Source of the DNA: a virus
Direction: 5' to 3' (one strand)
DNA length: 35,767 nucleotides
IMG/VR virus record: IMGVR_UViG_3300025377_000002
This document shows, in pieces, positions 25,731-31,647 of the stretch; within the stretch, counting starts at the first letter, position 1, and every line of letters starts with the position of its first letter. The position numbers and the translations under genes are program-made. A model generated the notes under the pieces. It saw nothing but the letters and a program-made list of their open reading frames with translations, was not told the DNA's origin and ran no database searches.

Positions 25731-26587
25731 AATAAATAATAGTTAGTTTCAAGTTTATTTGTGTATAAATTTTCTTTGACTTTGTTATTTGCAGTTGCTG
25801 ATAATGTGGATCTATGCTCAAAAGAATTTACCAAGTTCAACGTAGACTCATAGCTACTAAGATATATTGTATATTTGCTTTGCTCTATCCAGCTGTATAG
25901 CATTGCGTGGTCTACCTGCTCCTGATATTTAGCTGTATTAAAATAAGGTGGGTCAAGATATATAATAGTCTTATCAATAGGTGCTGTTATTGATACTTGC
26001 TCGTAAGATACATTGCTTATTACTAATCGCTCTAATTGCTCTAAATGCTCTAATTGCTGTAATCGCTCTAATCGCTCTAATTGCTGTAATCGCTCTAATT
26101 GCTGTAATTCAAACCTCCCTTCTATCTTCTTCTCTTCTATAAACTGCTTTAATAGTTTGTTTCTTGTCGCAGAAGTTCTATCATAACTATTTGCCATAAG
26201 GGAATCATGTGCTTGTTTTTTTATAGGCTCAACTGATTTGCCAAATAGGTAGTCTGACTGATTGTTTCCAAAGCTCCAGCACACTTTTGCAAGCCCTGAT
26301 CTCCAAGTATCCCCATTTTTTAATAACTCAAATTCTTCTCTTGAAATCCAATTGAAAAAGTCATCTGTTACACCGTCTCTTTGTATCTTTCTGAGCAATT
26401 CACAAACACCTGTATTAAGATCATTGTATATAACTTTCTTTCTACGTTTCAAAAACTCAAAAGATATAGCTCCACCTCCTCCAAATAAGTCATAAACATA
26501 TTCAGTTTCTGGATAAGCTGTAAGTATATGTGTAACTATTTTTGACGCTAACTTGCGTTTACTCCCCATGTACGGTAATCCAATCAT
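25727..26587 (-). CDS. dam: Dam-type (D12 class, alpha-group) N6-adenine DNA methyltransferase with a coiled-coil repeat insertion
   Basis: 286 aa. PYMGSKRKL, DLFGGGGAISFE (motif I) and IYLDPPYFN (motif IV). The insert is ELQQLERLQQLERLERLQQLEHLEQLERL. Confidence 0.85.
   Translation of the reverse strand: MIGLPYMGSKRKLASKIVTHILTAYPETEYVYDLFGGGGAISFEFLKRRKKVIYNDLNTGVCELLRKIQRDGVTDDFFNWISREEFELLKNGDTWRSGLAKVCWSFGNNQSDYLFGKSVEPIKKQAHDSLMANSYDRTSATRNKLLKQFIEEKKIEGRFELQQLERLQQLERLERLQQLEHLEQLERLVISNVSYEQVSITAPIDKTIIYLDPPYFNTAKYQEQVDHAMLYSWIEQSKYTIYLSSYESTLNLVNSFEHRSTLSATANNKVKENLYTNKLETNYYLL
26026..26110. repeat. tandem 9-bp coding repeat ((c/t)gct(c/g)taat)n inside the methyltransferase
   Basis: Read directly: cgctctaat tgctgtaat cgctctaat cgctctaat tgctgtaat ... 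It encodes LER/LQQ triplets on the minus strand. Confidence 0.85.
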
Positions 26588-26742
26588 AATCCTTTCTCTT
26601 TATTGTCTAAATATGTATTCACTGACTTAATCATTTTGTTCACATAATCTGGACTAAATCCTTGAGCAATAGCAATTGAGCTAAATACAAATCTGCAGAC
26701 GTCTATTATTTCTTTTCGGGTGTATGTTCTTTCTTTTTTCAT
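26584..26742 (-). CDS. hypothetical 52-aa protein (below the ORF-track cutoff)
   Basis: MKKERTYTRKEIIDVCRFVFSSIAIAQGFSPDYVNKMIKSVNTYLDNKEKGL. It has ATGA overlaps with both neighbours. Confidence 0.45.
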   Translation of the reverse strand: MKKERTYTRKEIIDVCRFVFSSIAIAQGFSPDYVNKMIKSVNTYLDNKEKGL

Positions 26743-27068
26743 ATTATTGTTATTATTCTCCACCTTGTATCAAGTGGCTTATTGTCATATCTCACTACAA
26801 CCTCAATACTTACATTCTGAGGCAAGTAAATCATATTTTTGTTATACCACTCAGTTAGCTTCTTAACTGCTCCAGAAGTGCCGTTAGATTTAACCTGAAC
26901 GAGTTTTATTTCATAAGCGTTAAGACATATAAGATCAGCTATCCCAAAAAAGTCTACTGACTTATTAAATTTACTTGAACCTTTCACTCGCTCTACTAAG
27001 TAACCTCTATCAATAAGAAGTTGCTCATATTCCTTTTCAGCGTTAGCTCCTTTAATTCTGGTGTTCAT
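26739..27068 (-). CDS. Hjc-type Holliday junction resolvase / PD-(D/E)XK nuclease
   Basis: 109 aa. KGANAEKEYEQLLIDRGYLVERVKGS ... GIADLICL ... IKLVQVKS fits the G..E...L...G..V.R...S ... D ... (E/Q)VK layout. Confidence 0.6.
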   Translation of the reverse strand: MNTRIKGANAEKEYEQLLIDRGYLVERVKGSSKFNKSVDFFGIADLICLNAYEIKLVQVKSNGTSGAVKKLTEWYNKNMIYLPQNVSIEVVVRYDNKPLDTRWRIITII

Positions 27069-27136
27069 ACAATCAGAATAACATACAATTTGACAATACG
27101 CAAGAAGTAAATTTAACTTAGTGTATGAATCAAAGT

Positions 27137-27149
27137 TTTACGGCTTATA
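27137..27149. repeat. direct repeat R1 (tttacggcttata)
   Basis: Exact 13-mer shared with 27201-27213, with similar flanks (aag...tag). It lies in the leader of the leftward transcript. Confidence 0.8.
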
Positions 27150-27163
27150 ATAGATTCGAGGTT

Positions 27164-27190
27164 ACAAAAAATAACTCCCAATTAAGGGAG
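27164..27190 (-). terminator. leader hairpin plus U-tract (attenuator/terminator) on the leftward transcript
   Basis: In minus sense: ctccc ttaatt gggag ttatttttt. It lies between promoter 27219-27247 and the first gene, at 27068. Confidence 0.45.
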
Positions 27191-27200
27191 CTACTATAAG

Positions 27201-27213
27201 TTTACGGCTTATA
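27201..27213. repeat. direct repeat R2 (tttacggcttata), overlapping the predicted leftward transcription start
   Basis: Exact copy of R1, 64 bp away. The predicted +1 is near 27212. Confidence 0.8.
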
Positions 27214-27218
27214 TAGCC

Positions 27219-27247
27219 TTTATAGTATAATTTTTATAACTTGTCAA
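27219..27247 (-). promoter_or_regulatory. sigma70-type leftward promoter
   Basis: In minus sense: TTGACA (27247-27242), 17 nt, TATAAA (27224-27219). Confidence 0.6.
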
Positions 27248-27505
27248 ATACAAAGCCGTCGGTGATAATCTTCTACCGTTGGATAATGACAACGCTCTAG
27301 TGCAAAGATAAAAGATGAATCGTGAACAGTTACAGCTCTTATTGACTAATAACCAAACTCAATAATCTGAAAGGCTTGGGCAACTTAATTTGTGGAACAT
27401 ACAAAAGGGCAGTAGCAATACTGGATATGTAAGCCTTAACCACTGAAACTATACAACGATACGTTATACTGTATGATTGCTTCTCTATCTTCTCTAATTT
27501 ACTTT

Positions 27506-27519
27506 GGGGGGTAGGGGGG
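27506..27519. other. G6-TA-G6 tract
   Basis: ggggggtagggggg read directly. It stands out in AT-rich non-coding DNA, ~50 nt upstream of TTGACA 27571. Confidence 0.9.
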
Positions 27520-27605
27520 CAACTACCAACCAACTTCAACATTACCTGTATGAATATGTTTTAACTACCCTTGACAACACTCAAATAATGTAGAATAAAT
27601 AAACA

Positions 27606-27785
27606 ATGAATGATACAACCATGATACGAATTACGCCTGAGGTTAGAGAGAGATTAAGAGAGTTAATCAAACAGCTTCCAGATACAGCTGGTAAGACTTA
27701 TGACAATGCAATTAGAAGACAGGTCAATTTAGAGTTGCAGTCAGAAACGAGAGGAAGACCCGTAGAAGACTTGACAACATTATAA
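27606..27785 (+). CDS. small RHH-like protein, 59 aa (below the ORF-track cutoff)
   Basis: MNDTTMIRITPEVRERLRELIKQLPDTAGKTYDNAIRRQVNLELQSETRGRPVEDLTTL. The pattern is MIRITPE (strand) plus helices. It is the first gene of the rightward arm. Confidence 0.5.
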   Translation: MNDTTMIRITPEVRERLRELIKQLPDTAGKTYDNAIRRQVNLELQSETRGRPVEDLTTL

Positions 27786-27799
27786 TAATTACGTATACT
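27771..27799 (+). promoter_or_regulatory. sigma70-type early promoter
   Basis: TTGACA (27771-27776), 17 nt, TATACT (27794-27799). The -35 lies inside the last codons of the RHH ORF. Confidence 0.7.
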
Positions 27800-27829
27800 A
27801 ATATCAGAGCAACTTAAGCTCATTTACTT

Positions 27830-28147
27830 ATGCAAAACTACACAGAACGGGTTGAGGCGTTTATCTCAACATTCAAAGACAACTATATTGATGAAGCTAA
27901 ACTATGTTTTAGTTTAATGAGTGAAGTTAACTTAGATATTATTCAAAGCGAATTACTCGAATACATTAGAGATTTAGATCAAGAGATGGAGGAGTATGCT
28001 TTATATCTTCCAGAGATTGATATTGCTGAATATTACGGCTCTCGATTATCTGAGATTAAGCCAGATGTTAACTATCAGGATTTGCTTAATAAGCGATCTA
28101 AAGCACAAGAATTATTTAATATTTCAGAGCTATGCGTGATTTATTAA
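27830..28147 (+). CDS. strongly acidic early protein (hypothetical)
   Basis: 105 aa. By my count ~22 Asp/Glu against ~9 Lys/Arg. It is the first gene after the early promoter. Confidence 0.6.
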   Translation: MQNYTERVEAFISTFKDNYIDEAKLCFSLMSEVNLDIIQSELLEYIRDLDQEMEEYALYLPEIDIAEYYGSRLSEIKPDVNYQDLLNKRSKAQELFNISELCVIY

Positions 28148-28225
28148 CTATGCTCAGAGGGTTATTTATTTTAATCCTCCTTATTTTTTCTTTTATTTAT
28201 TCATTTAACTTATATTCTCAATCTT

Positions 28226-28792
28226 ATGACAACTCAATCTACATCTCAAATTAAACTTAACACACCGCTTACTACTGATGAAATAGACTTTAGAGTGCAA
28301 TCAGTAGGATCATATAAGAAAGGTACTGAAGTGCAAGTATTCGCTATTATGTTAGCGTATAAAGATGCTCGGGTTGATATGAAGAGGCTTGACGATGTCT
28401 ACGGAGTTGATAAATGGCAAAAGACTTATGAGATAATCAATGGTAATCTTTTTTGTAAGGTTGGTATTTACTCAGAAACTCTTAGTCAATGGATTTGGAA
28501 AATGGACGTAGGAGTTCCTAGCAAAACCGAAGGAGTCAAAGGAGAAGCCTCAGACGCTTTTAAGAGGGCTTGCTTCAATCTAGGAATTGGTAGAGAACTA
28601 TACGAATACCCTTCAATTTTTATTAACCTTAATGAAGGTGAATATCAACAAAAAGGTGATAAGTATGTTATGACACCTAAATTCCAAAAAGGTCTTGTAT
28701 GGCAAAGTGGCTTCAACGTAGACGGTAAACTTGTATTACTGACCTGCGTTGATAGTAATGGCAAAACAAGATTTAATTACTCAGTAAAATAA
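28226..28792 (+). CDS. Rad52/Sak-type single-strand annealing protein
   Basis: 188 aa. KGEASDAFKRACFNLGIGRELYEYP is the hallmark Rad52/22-family motif, and RVDMKRLDDVYGVDKWQ lies upstream. Confidence 0.75.
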   Translation: MTTQSTSQIKLNTPLTTDEIDFRVQSVGSYKKGTEVQVFAIMLAYKDARVDMKRLDDVYGVDKWQKTYEIINGNLFCKVGIYSETLSQWIWKMDVGVPSKTEGVKGEASDAFKRACFNLGIGRELYEYPSIFINLNEGEYQQKGDKYVMTPKFQKGLVWQSGFNVDGKLVLLTCVDSNGKTRFNYSVK

Positions 28793-28823
28793 TTATGTAT
28801 ATATTAATTGACATTGTTTACGT

Positions 28824-29225
28824 ATGAATGAAAAAATATCAAAACTAGCAGGATTGTTTTCTCAGGTAGCAAGCGAAATACAAAATGATCCTACTCTGAA
28901 GCAGGGTGAGAAGTTCCTCCTTCTTCAAAGACTTATGGCAGATATTAAGCCCGCTACTCAAGCCTATGACAAAATGAAGAAAGATATTGAGAAAGGAGTT
29001 AAGAGCTTAGTACACTGCAATGGTGAAAAGCAATCAGAACCTATTGAATATGACGGTGCTGAGATCATTATTAAATATTCATACCCTCCTGACTCACTAG
29101 ACGCAGTTAAGCTTGAAAAAGCACTACAAGACGCATATAGTGAGATAGGGGCAGAATATGACTCTAGTGAGTTCACTAAACCATCAACAATTAGACAAAC
29201 AGTAATAATACAATCAATCTTATGA
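28824..29225 (+). CDS. hypothetical protein (recombination-module neighbour)
   Basis: 133-aa ORF between the annealase and the SSB cluster. Confidence 0.55.
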   Translation: MNEKISKLAGLFSQVASEIQNDPTLKQGEKFLLLQRLMADIKPATQAYDKMKKDIEKGVKSLVHCNGEKQSEPIEYDGAEIIIKYSYPPDSLDAVKLEKALQDAYSEIGAEYDSSEFTKPSTIRQTVIIQSIL

Positions 29226-29377
29226 AGCAAAAACTAGAAGACAAAGAGCTTGAACTAGAAAATGCAAGACTAAAGTTTATGGTGCAAGTCAAAGATAAGC
29301 ACATAAAGTATGTTGAAGAGCGGTACAAAGAACTTGTAGAATACTGCGATTCTTTGTACGAGAAATTACTTAATTAA
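29222..29377 (+). CDS. hypothetical 51-aa coiled-coil protein (below the track cutoff)
   Basis: MKQKLEDKELELENARLKFMVQVKDKHIKYVEERYKELVEYCDSLYEKLLN. It has an ATGA overlap with the upstream stop. Confidence 0.45.
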   Translation: MKQKLEDKELELENARLKFMVQVKDKHIKYVEERYKELVEYCDSLYEKLLN

Positions 29378-29390
29378 ACAACTAAATAAT

Positions 29391-29666
29391 ATGAAATACT
29401 ACACAAACAAACTAAACATCTTTGAAATAGAAGAAGTAAGAAGGTTTATTGATTCAGTATCTCAAAGTAAGGGTAAGCCTAAAAAGTCTTGTAACCGAAT
29501 TGTATATAATGTTATACGCCAACTCGGAACAGATAAGTCAAGATTAAGTAGCGTGCATATTTTTGAGAAAGAACATGAAAATGTGTTTAATACTATGAAA
29601 GAAGCACGAGACTCACTTATAAGCAAACTAACAAATGAAATTCAAAAAATACTAGAACTAGAATAA
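29391..29666 (+). CDS. hypothetical protein
   Basis: 91-aa ORF with a TAATATG-type junction downstream. Confidence 0.55.
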   Translation: MKYYTNKLNIFEIEEVRRFIDSVSQSKGKPKKSCNRIVYNVIRQLGTDKSRLSSVHIFEKEHENVFNTMKEARDSLISKLTNEIQKILELE

Positions 29667-29667
29667 T

Positions 29668-29808
29668 ATGGAAACTGAAAATCTAAAAGATAGACTAATC
29701 GAACTTAAAGCATACATTAACTTAATCCAACAAAAGAAAGAGCTAGATCACAAATTGCGATACGCTCTTAAAACAATAGAAATAATCCTAGAAAACTTAA
29801 TTAAATAA
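29668..29808 (+). CDS. hypothetical 46-aa coiled-coil protein (below the track cutoff)
   Basis: METENLKDRLIELKAYINLIQQKKELDHKLRYALKTIEIILENLIK. It exactly fills the gap between its neighbours. Confidence 0.4.
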   Translation: METENLKDRLIELKAYINLIQQKKELDHKLRYALKTIEIILENLIK

Positions 29809-29809
29809 T

Positions 29810-30280
29810 ATGTCTAAAAAATACGAACTAACTAACACAACTATACAGCACAACGGAGTAACACTCTATCAAATAAAAGCGTTAAAGAACTTTGGTAGTG
29901 TATCTAAAGGAGAACTCGGAGGATACATCGAAAAAGAAAAAAACTTATCACAAGAAGGCAACGCTTGGGTCTATGGCGATGCTCGTATCTATGGCGATGC
30001 TCAGGTCTATGGCGATGCTCAGGTCTATGGCGATGCTCAGGTCTATGGCGATGCTTGGGTCTATGGCGATGCTCGTATCTCTGGCGATGCTCGTATCTCT
30101 GACGATGCTCGTTTATGCGCTAAAAAAGAATACAAACAAGGCTGGTTTGTTGGCGGTGACGATCAGTATGTTCTTGGAGATTATGAAATAGTTGATATTG
30201 AAGAATCAAAAGAAGAAACTATAAGCATCGAAGGTAAAGAATATACATTATCAGAAATTAAAAAAGCACTTAGTAAATAA
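29810..30280 (+). CDS. hexapeptide-repeat (predicted beta-helix) protein
   Basis: 156 aa. Eight consecutive A-x-[VI]-[YS]-[GD]-D hexads: AWVYGD ARIYGD AQVYGD x3 AWVYGD ARISGD ARISDD. Confidence 0.7.
   Translation: MSKKYELTNTTIQHNGVTLYQIKALKNFGSVSKGELGGYIEKEKNLSQEGNAWVYGDARIYGDAQVYGDAQVYGDAQVYGDAWVYGDARISGDARISDDARLCAKKEYKQGWFVGGDDQYVLGDYEIVDIEESKEETISIEGKEYTLSEIKKALSK
29963..30106 (+). repeat. 8 x 18-bp tandem coding repeat (gct nnn ntc tnt gnc gat)
   Basis: Read directly. Three central units, gctcaggtctatggcgat, are identical. Confidence 0.9.
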
Positions 30281-30281
30281 T

Positions 30282-30656
30282 ATGAATCAACTAACACTAT
30301 CAGGACGCTTAACAGCAGATCCTGAAATCAGAACAACGCAGAACGGTAAGACAGTAGCTAACTTATCAATAGCAGATAATCAAGGCAAAGACAGCAACGG
30401 CAAACCGCTTGTCAACTTCTTTAACTGTGAAGCATGGGAAAAGAGAGCTGAGCTAATCCAAAACAACTTCAAAAAGGGTGATAATCTTACGTGCCTTGCT
30501 AAATGTAGAACTGATAACTGGGAAAAGGACGGTAAGAGCTATAGTAAGCAAGTGTGGACTATTAGTGAGATTATCTTTACTAATAGCAAGAAAGAGGCTA
30601 CAAACTCTTCTAATGAAGCTAAAGTCTACAACGAGCCTCCCTCAGTAGATGGGTAG
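30282..30656 (+). CDS. ssb: single-stranded DNA-binding protein (OB fold)
   Basis: 124 aa. MNQLTLSGRLTADPEIRTTQNGKTVANLSIA is the canonical SSB N-terminus. The C-terminal tail is atypical (no D-D-D-I-P-F). Confidence 0.75.
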   Translation: MNQLTLSGRLTADPEIRTTQNGKTVANLSIADNQGKDSNGKPLVNFFNCEAWEKRAELIQNNFKKGDNLTCLAKCRTDNWEKDGKSYSKQVWTISEIIFTNSKKEATNSSNEAKVYNEPPSVDG

Positions 30657-30722
30657 ATCTGGAAGAACTTAATGCTACGTTCCCGTTTTAAGTATTCCCC
30701 AGATTCGGGGAAATCTTGGGGT

Positions 30723-30737
30723 TCGACATCATGTCGA
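30723..30737. promoter_or_regulatory. perfect inverted repeat (candidate operator) abutting a -35
   Basis: tcgaca tca tgtcga, flanked by ggggtt on both sides, 4 nt upstream of TTGACA 30742. Confidence 0.4.
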
Positions 30738-30741
30738 GGGG

Positions 30742-30770
30742 TTGACAACTAACAAAACGCCGTATATTAT
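30742..30770 (+). promoter_or_regulatory. sigma70-type promoter
   Basis: TTGACA (30742-30747), 17 nt, TATTAT (30765-30770). Confidence 0.6.
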
Positions 30771-30776
30771 AATCTT

Positions 30777-30849
30777 AACGACCAAGACTTAAATAGCAAC
30801 GAAATTAAATCACGGGTGTCTTGCGTCGTTGCTAGCCCGTGATTTTTTT
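30777..30849 (+). ncRNA. candidate ~73-nt small RNA or regulatory leader (promoter to terminator, no ORF)
   Basis: It is bounded by promoter 30742-30770 and terminator 30809-30849. It contains two interleaved 8-bp helices. Confidence 0.35.
30809..30849 (+). terminator. rho-independent terminator
   Basis: atcacggg (30809-30816) pairs with cccgtgat (30836-30843), followed by a T7 run. Confidence 0.7.
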
Positions 30850-30853
30850 ATAC

Positions 30854-30973
30854 ATGAACAATATAATTGATTCATACACTGCACCAACAGATCAATCTGG
30901 TATATTCTCACTCATCGAAGTCAAAGAAAAGCAAAAGAAGACAAGCCTAAAATCCTTTTTTATGACAAAGTAG
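30854..30973 (+). CDS. 39-aa leader ORF, or the N-terminal part of a frameshifted KilAC gene
   Basis: MNNIIDSYTAPTDQSGIFSLIEVKEKQKKTSLKSFFMTK. Its frame is +1 relative to the KilAC frame and it contains a T6 run at 30956-30961. Confidence 0.3.
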   Translation: MNNIIDSYTAPTDQSGIFSLIEVKEKQKKTSLKSFFMTK

Positions 30974-30996
30974 CAGAAGCAAAAAACACTATTGAA

Positions 30997-31236
30997 ATGA
31001 CCGCAGTCGCTAAAGTTATAGGCACAGGACGTAATAAGCTATTCCAGTTCTTACGAGATAATAACGTGCTACGATACAATAATGAGCCATATCAAGAATA
31101 CATTGATAGAGGTTGGTTTGAAATTAAGGTGCAAGTATATCAAAATGGGCTAGGAAATTCACGAATAAATAATAAAACAATGGTTACTCCAAAGGGTGTT
31201 CAAGCGATACAGAAGCTACTTTCTAGTATTATTTGA
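30997..31236 (+). CDS. KilAC-domain antirepressor-like protein (N-terminally incomplete as annotated)
   Basis: TAVAKVIGTGRNKLFQFLRDNNVLRYNNEPYQEYIDRGWFEIK...VTPKGVQAI is the KilAC pattern. The same frame is open back to 30871 (..PKILFYDKVAEAKNTIE) with no start codon. Confidence 0.65.
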   Translation: MTAVAKVIGTGRNKLFQFLRDNNVLRYNNEPYQEYIDRGWFEIKVQVYQNGLGNSRINNKTMVTPKGVQAIQKLLSSII

Positions 31237-31244
31237 ATATTTAC

Positions 31245-31273
31245 TTGACATAATCAAAATAATTATGTATACT
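31245..31273 (+). promoter_or_regulatory. sigma70-type promoter
   Basis: TTGACA (31245-31250), 17 nt, TATACT (31268-31273). Confidence 0.7.
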
Positions 31274-31374
31274 TATTATATCAACAGAGTAACACATTAA
31301 AATAAATTACTTCTGGAGATACAAAAGGCTTAGACTATAACGGTTTAAGTAACAACTCGGGAGAGTTATACATT

Positions 31375-31464
31375 ATGGAATTTATACAATCAGATAGTTT
31401 TCAACATTTCCTAGCAGTTTTGTTTATCATTATCATAATTGCGATATTTTCACCAACTAAATAA
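31375..31464 (+). CDS. possible 29-aa hydrophobic peptide
   Basis: MEFIQSDSFQHFLAVLFIIIIIAIFSPTK. It is preceded by the SD-like gggagag about 8 nt upstream. Confidence 0.35.
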   Translation: MEFIQSDSFQHFLAVLFIIIIIAIFSPTK

Positions 31465-31472
31465 AAACAAAT

Positions 31473-31583
31473 ATGGAATATAATACAGATTGGCTCGAAG
31501 TATGCTTACCATTAGCGGAGCAAGTAGAGCAAGAACAATATACACCAAATAAAGAAGAACTTTTAGAGTTCTTTGAAGACTAA
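31473..31583 (+). CDS. possible 36-aa acidic peptide
   Basis: MEYNTDWLEVCLPLAEQVEQEQYTPNKEELLEFFED. Confidence 0.3.
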   Translation: MEYNTDWLEVCLPLAEQVEQEQYTPNKEELLEFFED

Positions 31584-31647
31584 GCAACAGAGTTTAGCCG
31601 TATCTCTCAAAAACGGCTGTTAAATTAAATACTTATTATGCAATCAT

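Noticed and set aside
27339-27542. 67-aa minus-strand ORF in the control region
   Set aside because: It has no promoter or start context, spans the G-tract (giving CPPTPQ) and the repeat elements, and points away from any operon. I treat the region as regulatory DNA or RNA.
27571-27596. TTGACA ... TAGAAT as a rightward promoter for the first RHH gene
   Set aside because: The spacer is only 14 nt. The 17-18-nt alternatives give poor -10 hexamers (AATAAA/ATAAAT). I keep it only as a possible weak promoter and do not list it as a feature.
28808-28823. TTGACA at 28808 as a promoter
   Set aside because: The start codon of the next gene lies 10 nt downstream, leaving no room for a -10 element and transcription start.
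29963-30106. Possible CRISPR array (also considered for 26026-26110 and 32044-32400)
   Set aside because: The repeats are directly abutting with no spacers, have periods of 18, 9 and ~12 bp, and are in frame within coding sequences. No cas genes are present.
29892-30191. Alternative-frame ORF (SMAMLRSMAML...) over the 18-bp repeats
   Set aside because: It is a frame artefact of the tandem repeat. The 29810 frame has the TAATATG junction and non-repeat flanks.
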